Of a stretch of DNA of 64,000 bases, positions 63,578 through 64,000 are shown in pieces (position 1 is the first letter of the stretch; each line of letters begins with the position of its first letter). The stretch covers positions 167,719 through 231,718 of the forward strand of contig NZ_PPTR01000004.1 of the NCBI RefSeq assembly GCF_003339845.1, read 5' to 3'. Below the pieces are notes generated by a model. That model was not told the origin of the DNA, did not search any database, and saw nothing but the letters and a program-made list of their open reading frames with translations. The position numbers were made by a program, and so were the translations under genes. The DNA comes from Gordonibacter sp. 28C (lineage in GTDB: Bacteria > Actinomycetota > Coriobacteriia > Coriobacteriales > Eggerthellaceae).

Positions 63578-64000
63578 GATCGCTCACCTCGGTTTTCTCA
63601 ATCTCAATACGTTGCTCAGCAAACTGTTGATTCGCCGTAACAGAATTGATGTAGCGATAGGACAAAGCATTGTAATGCCCCTCGATGGTTTGATCTTTAG
63701 ACCAACCCTTGGGAATATTCGATAAACCAGCAGGCAATGAATCATCTACGACGGCTTTCAAAGTACAACTGCCGTGATCGTTGTAAGCTCGGACATAATC
63801 ACCTGTCCGTATGCCGCGCTGCTCGGAATCCAAACGAGATAGATATATCACCGGTTCAGGATCGAGTTCCCTGAGCCACTCATTCCGACCGAACGACGAG
63901 TGTACACGAAAACGACCGTGCTCGTTCATGTTCACAATGGGATATTTCGCCGCAGGCTCGCTGTCCACGCTAACTTCGGTTTGCGGACGATACCTCGGCA
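63570..64000 (-). CDS. molybdopterin oxidoreductase catalytic subunit, C-terminal part (gene continues beyond window end)
   Basis: C-terminal molybdopterin dinucleotide-binding domain sequence. Open to the window edge. Confidence 0.8.
   Translation of the reverse strand, partial: PRYRPQTEVSVDSEPAAKYPIVNMNEHGRFRVHSSFGRNEWLRELDPEPVIYLSRLDSEQRGIRTGDYVRAYNDHGSCTLKAVVDDSLPAGLSNIPKGWSKDQTIEGHYNALSYRYINSVTANQQFAEQRIEIEKTEVSDHA

Overview
High-GC (~65%) actinobacterial window, probably Coriobacteriia/Eggerthellaceae: two Tat-dependent molybdopterin reductase clusters, each with a 4Fe-4S subunit, an NrfD-type membrane subunit and a TorD-like chaperone. About 1-39.2 kb is a mobile/accessory island, almost all on the minus strand. 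It carries a MOBP-type relaxase with a MobC-like accessory protein and candidate oriT, ParA plus an RHH centromere-binding protein, two SSB paralogs, a wHTH replication initiator with iterons inside its own gene plus a DnaC-like loader, a Pif1/RecD-like helicase, an MmcB-like PD-(D/E)xK protein, a GtrB-like glycosyltransferase and many small hypothetical genes. No integrase or T4SS is in the window, so the left end lies outside it. The most notable cargo is a plus-strand three-gene operon at 21.1-28.0 kb: a Zn-ribbon protein with a PD-(D/E)xK-like nuclease motif, a 1041-aa DinG/XPD-type Fe-S helicase and an 841-aa protein. This matches the architecture of the computationally predicted but barely characterised pPIWI-RE (Argonaute-like) defence system. 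Across the island a conserved ~35-bp promoter/operator module (core GCGTTTACG-N13-GGGTACATA) sits upstream of at least ten operons, implying one global regulator. The island also has a duplicated ~70-bp element flanking ssb and a gene interrupted by an in-frame TAG. After ~39.3 kb the sequence is ordinary chromosome: rlmB, a GGDEF cyclase with a 12-nt poly-C tract in its promoter, a TRIC channel, ogt and ada/alkA, lipoproteins, the two reductase operons with unusual palindromes and tandem duplications in their control regions, a HipA-like kinase, SPFH proteins, a GntR regulator and an AAA ATPase. No rRNA, tRNA or CRISPR arrays were found.
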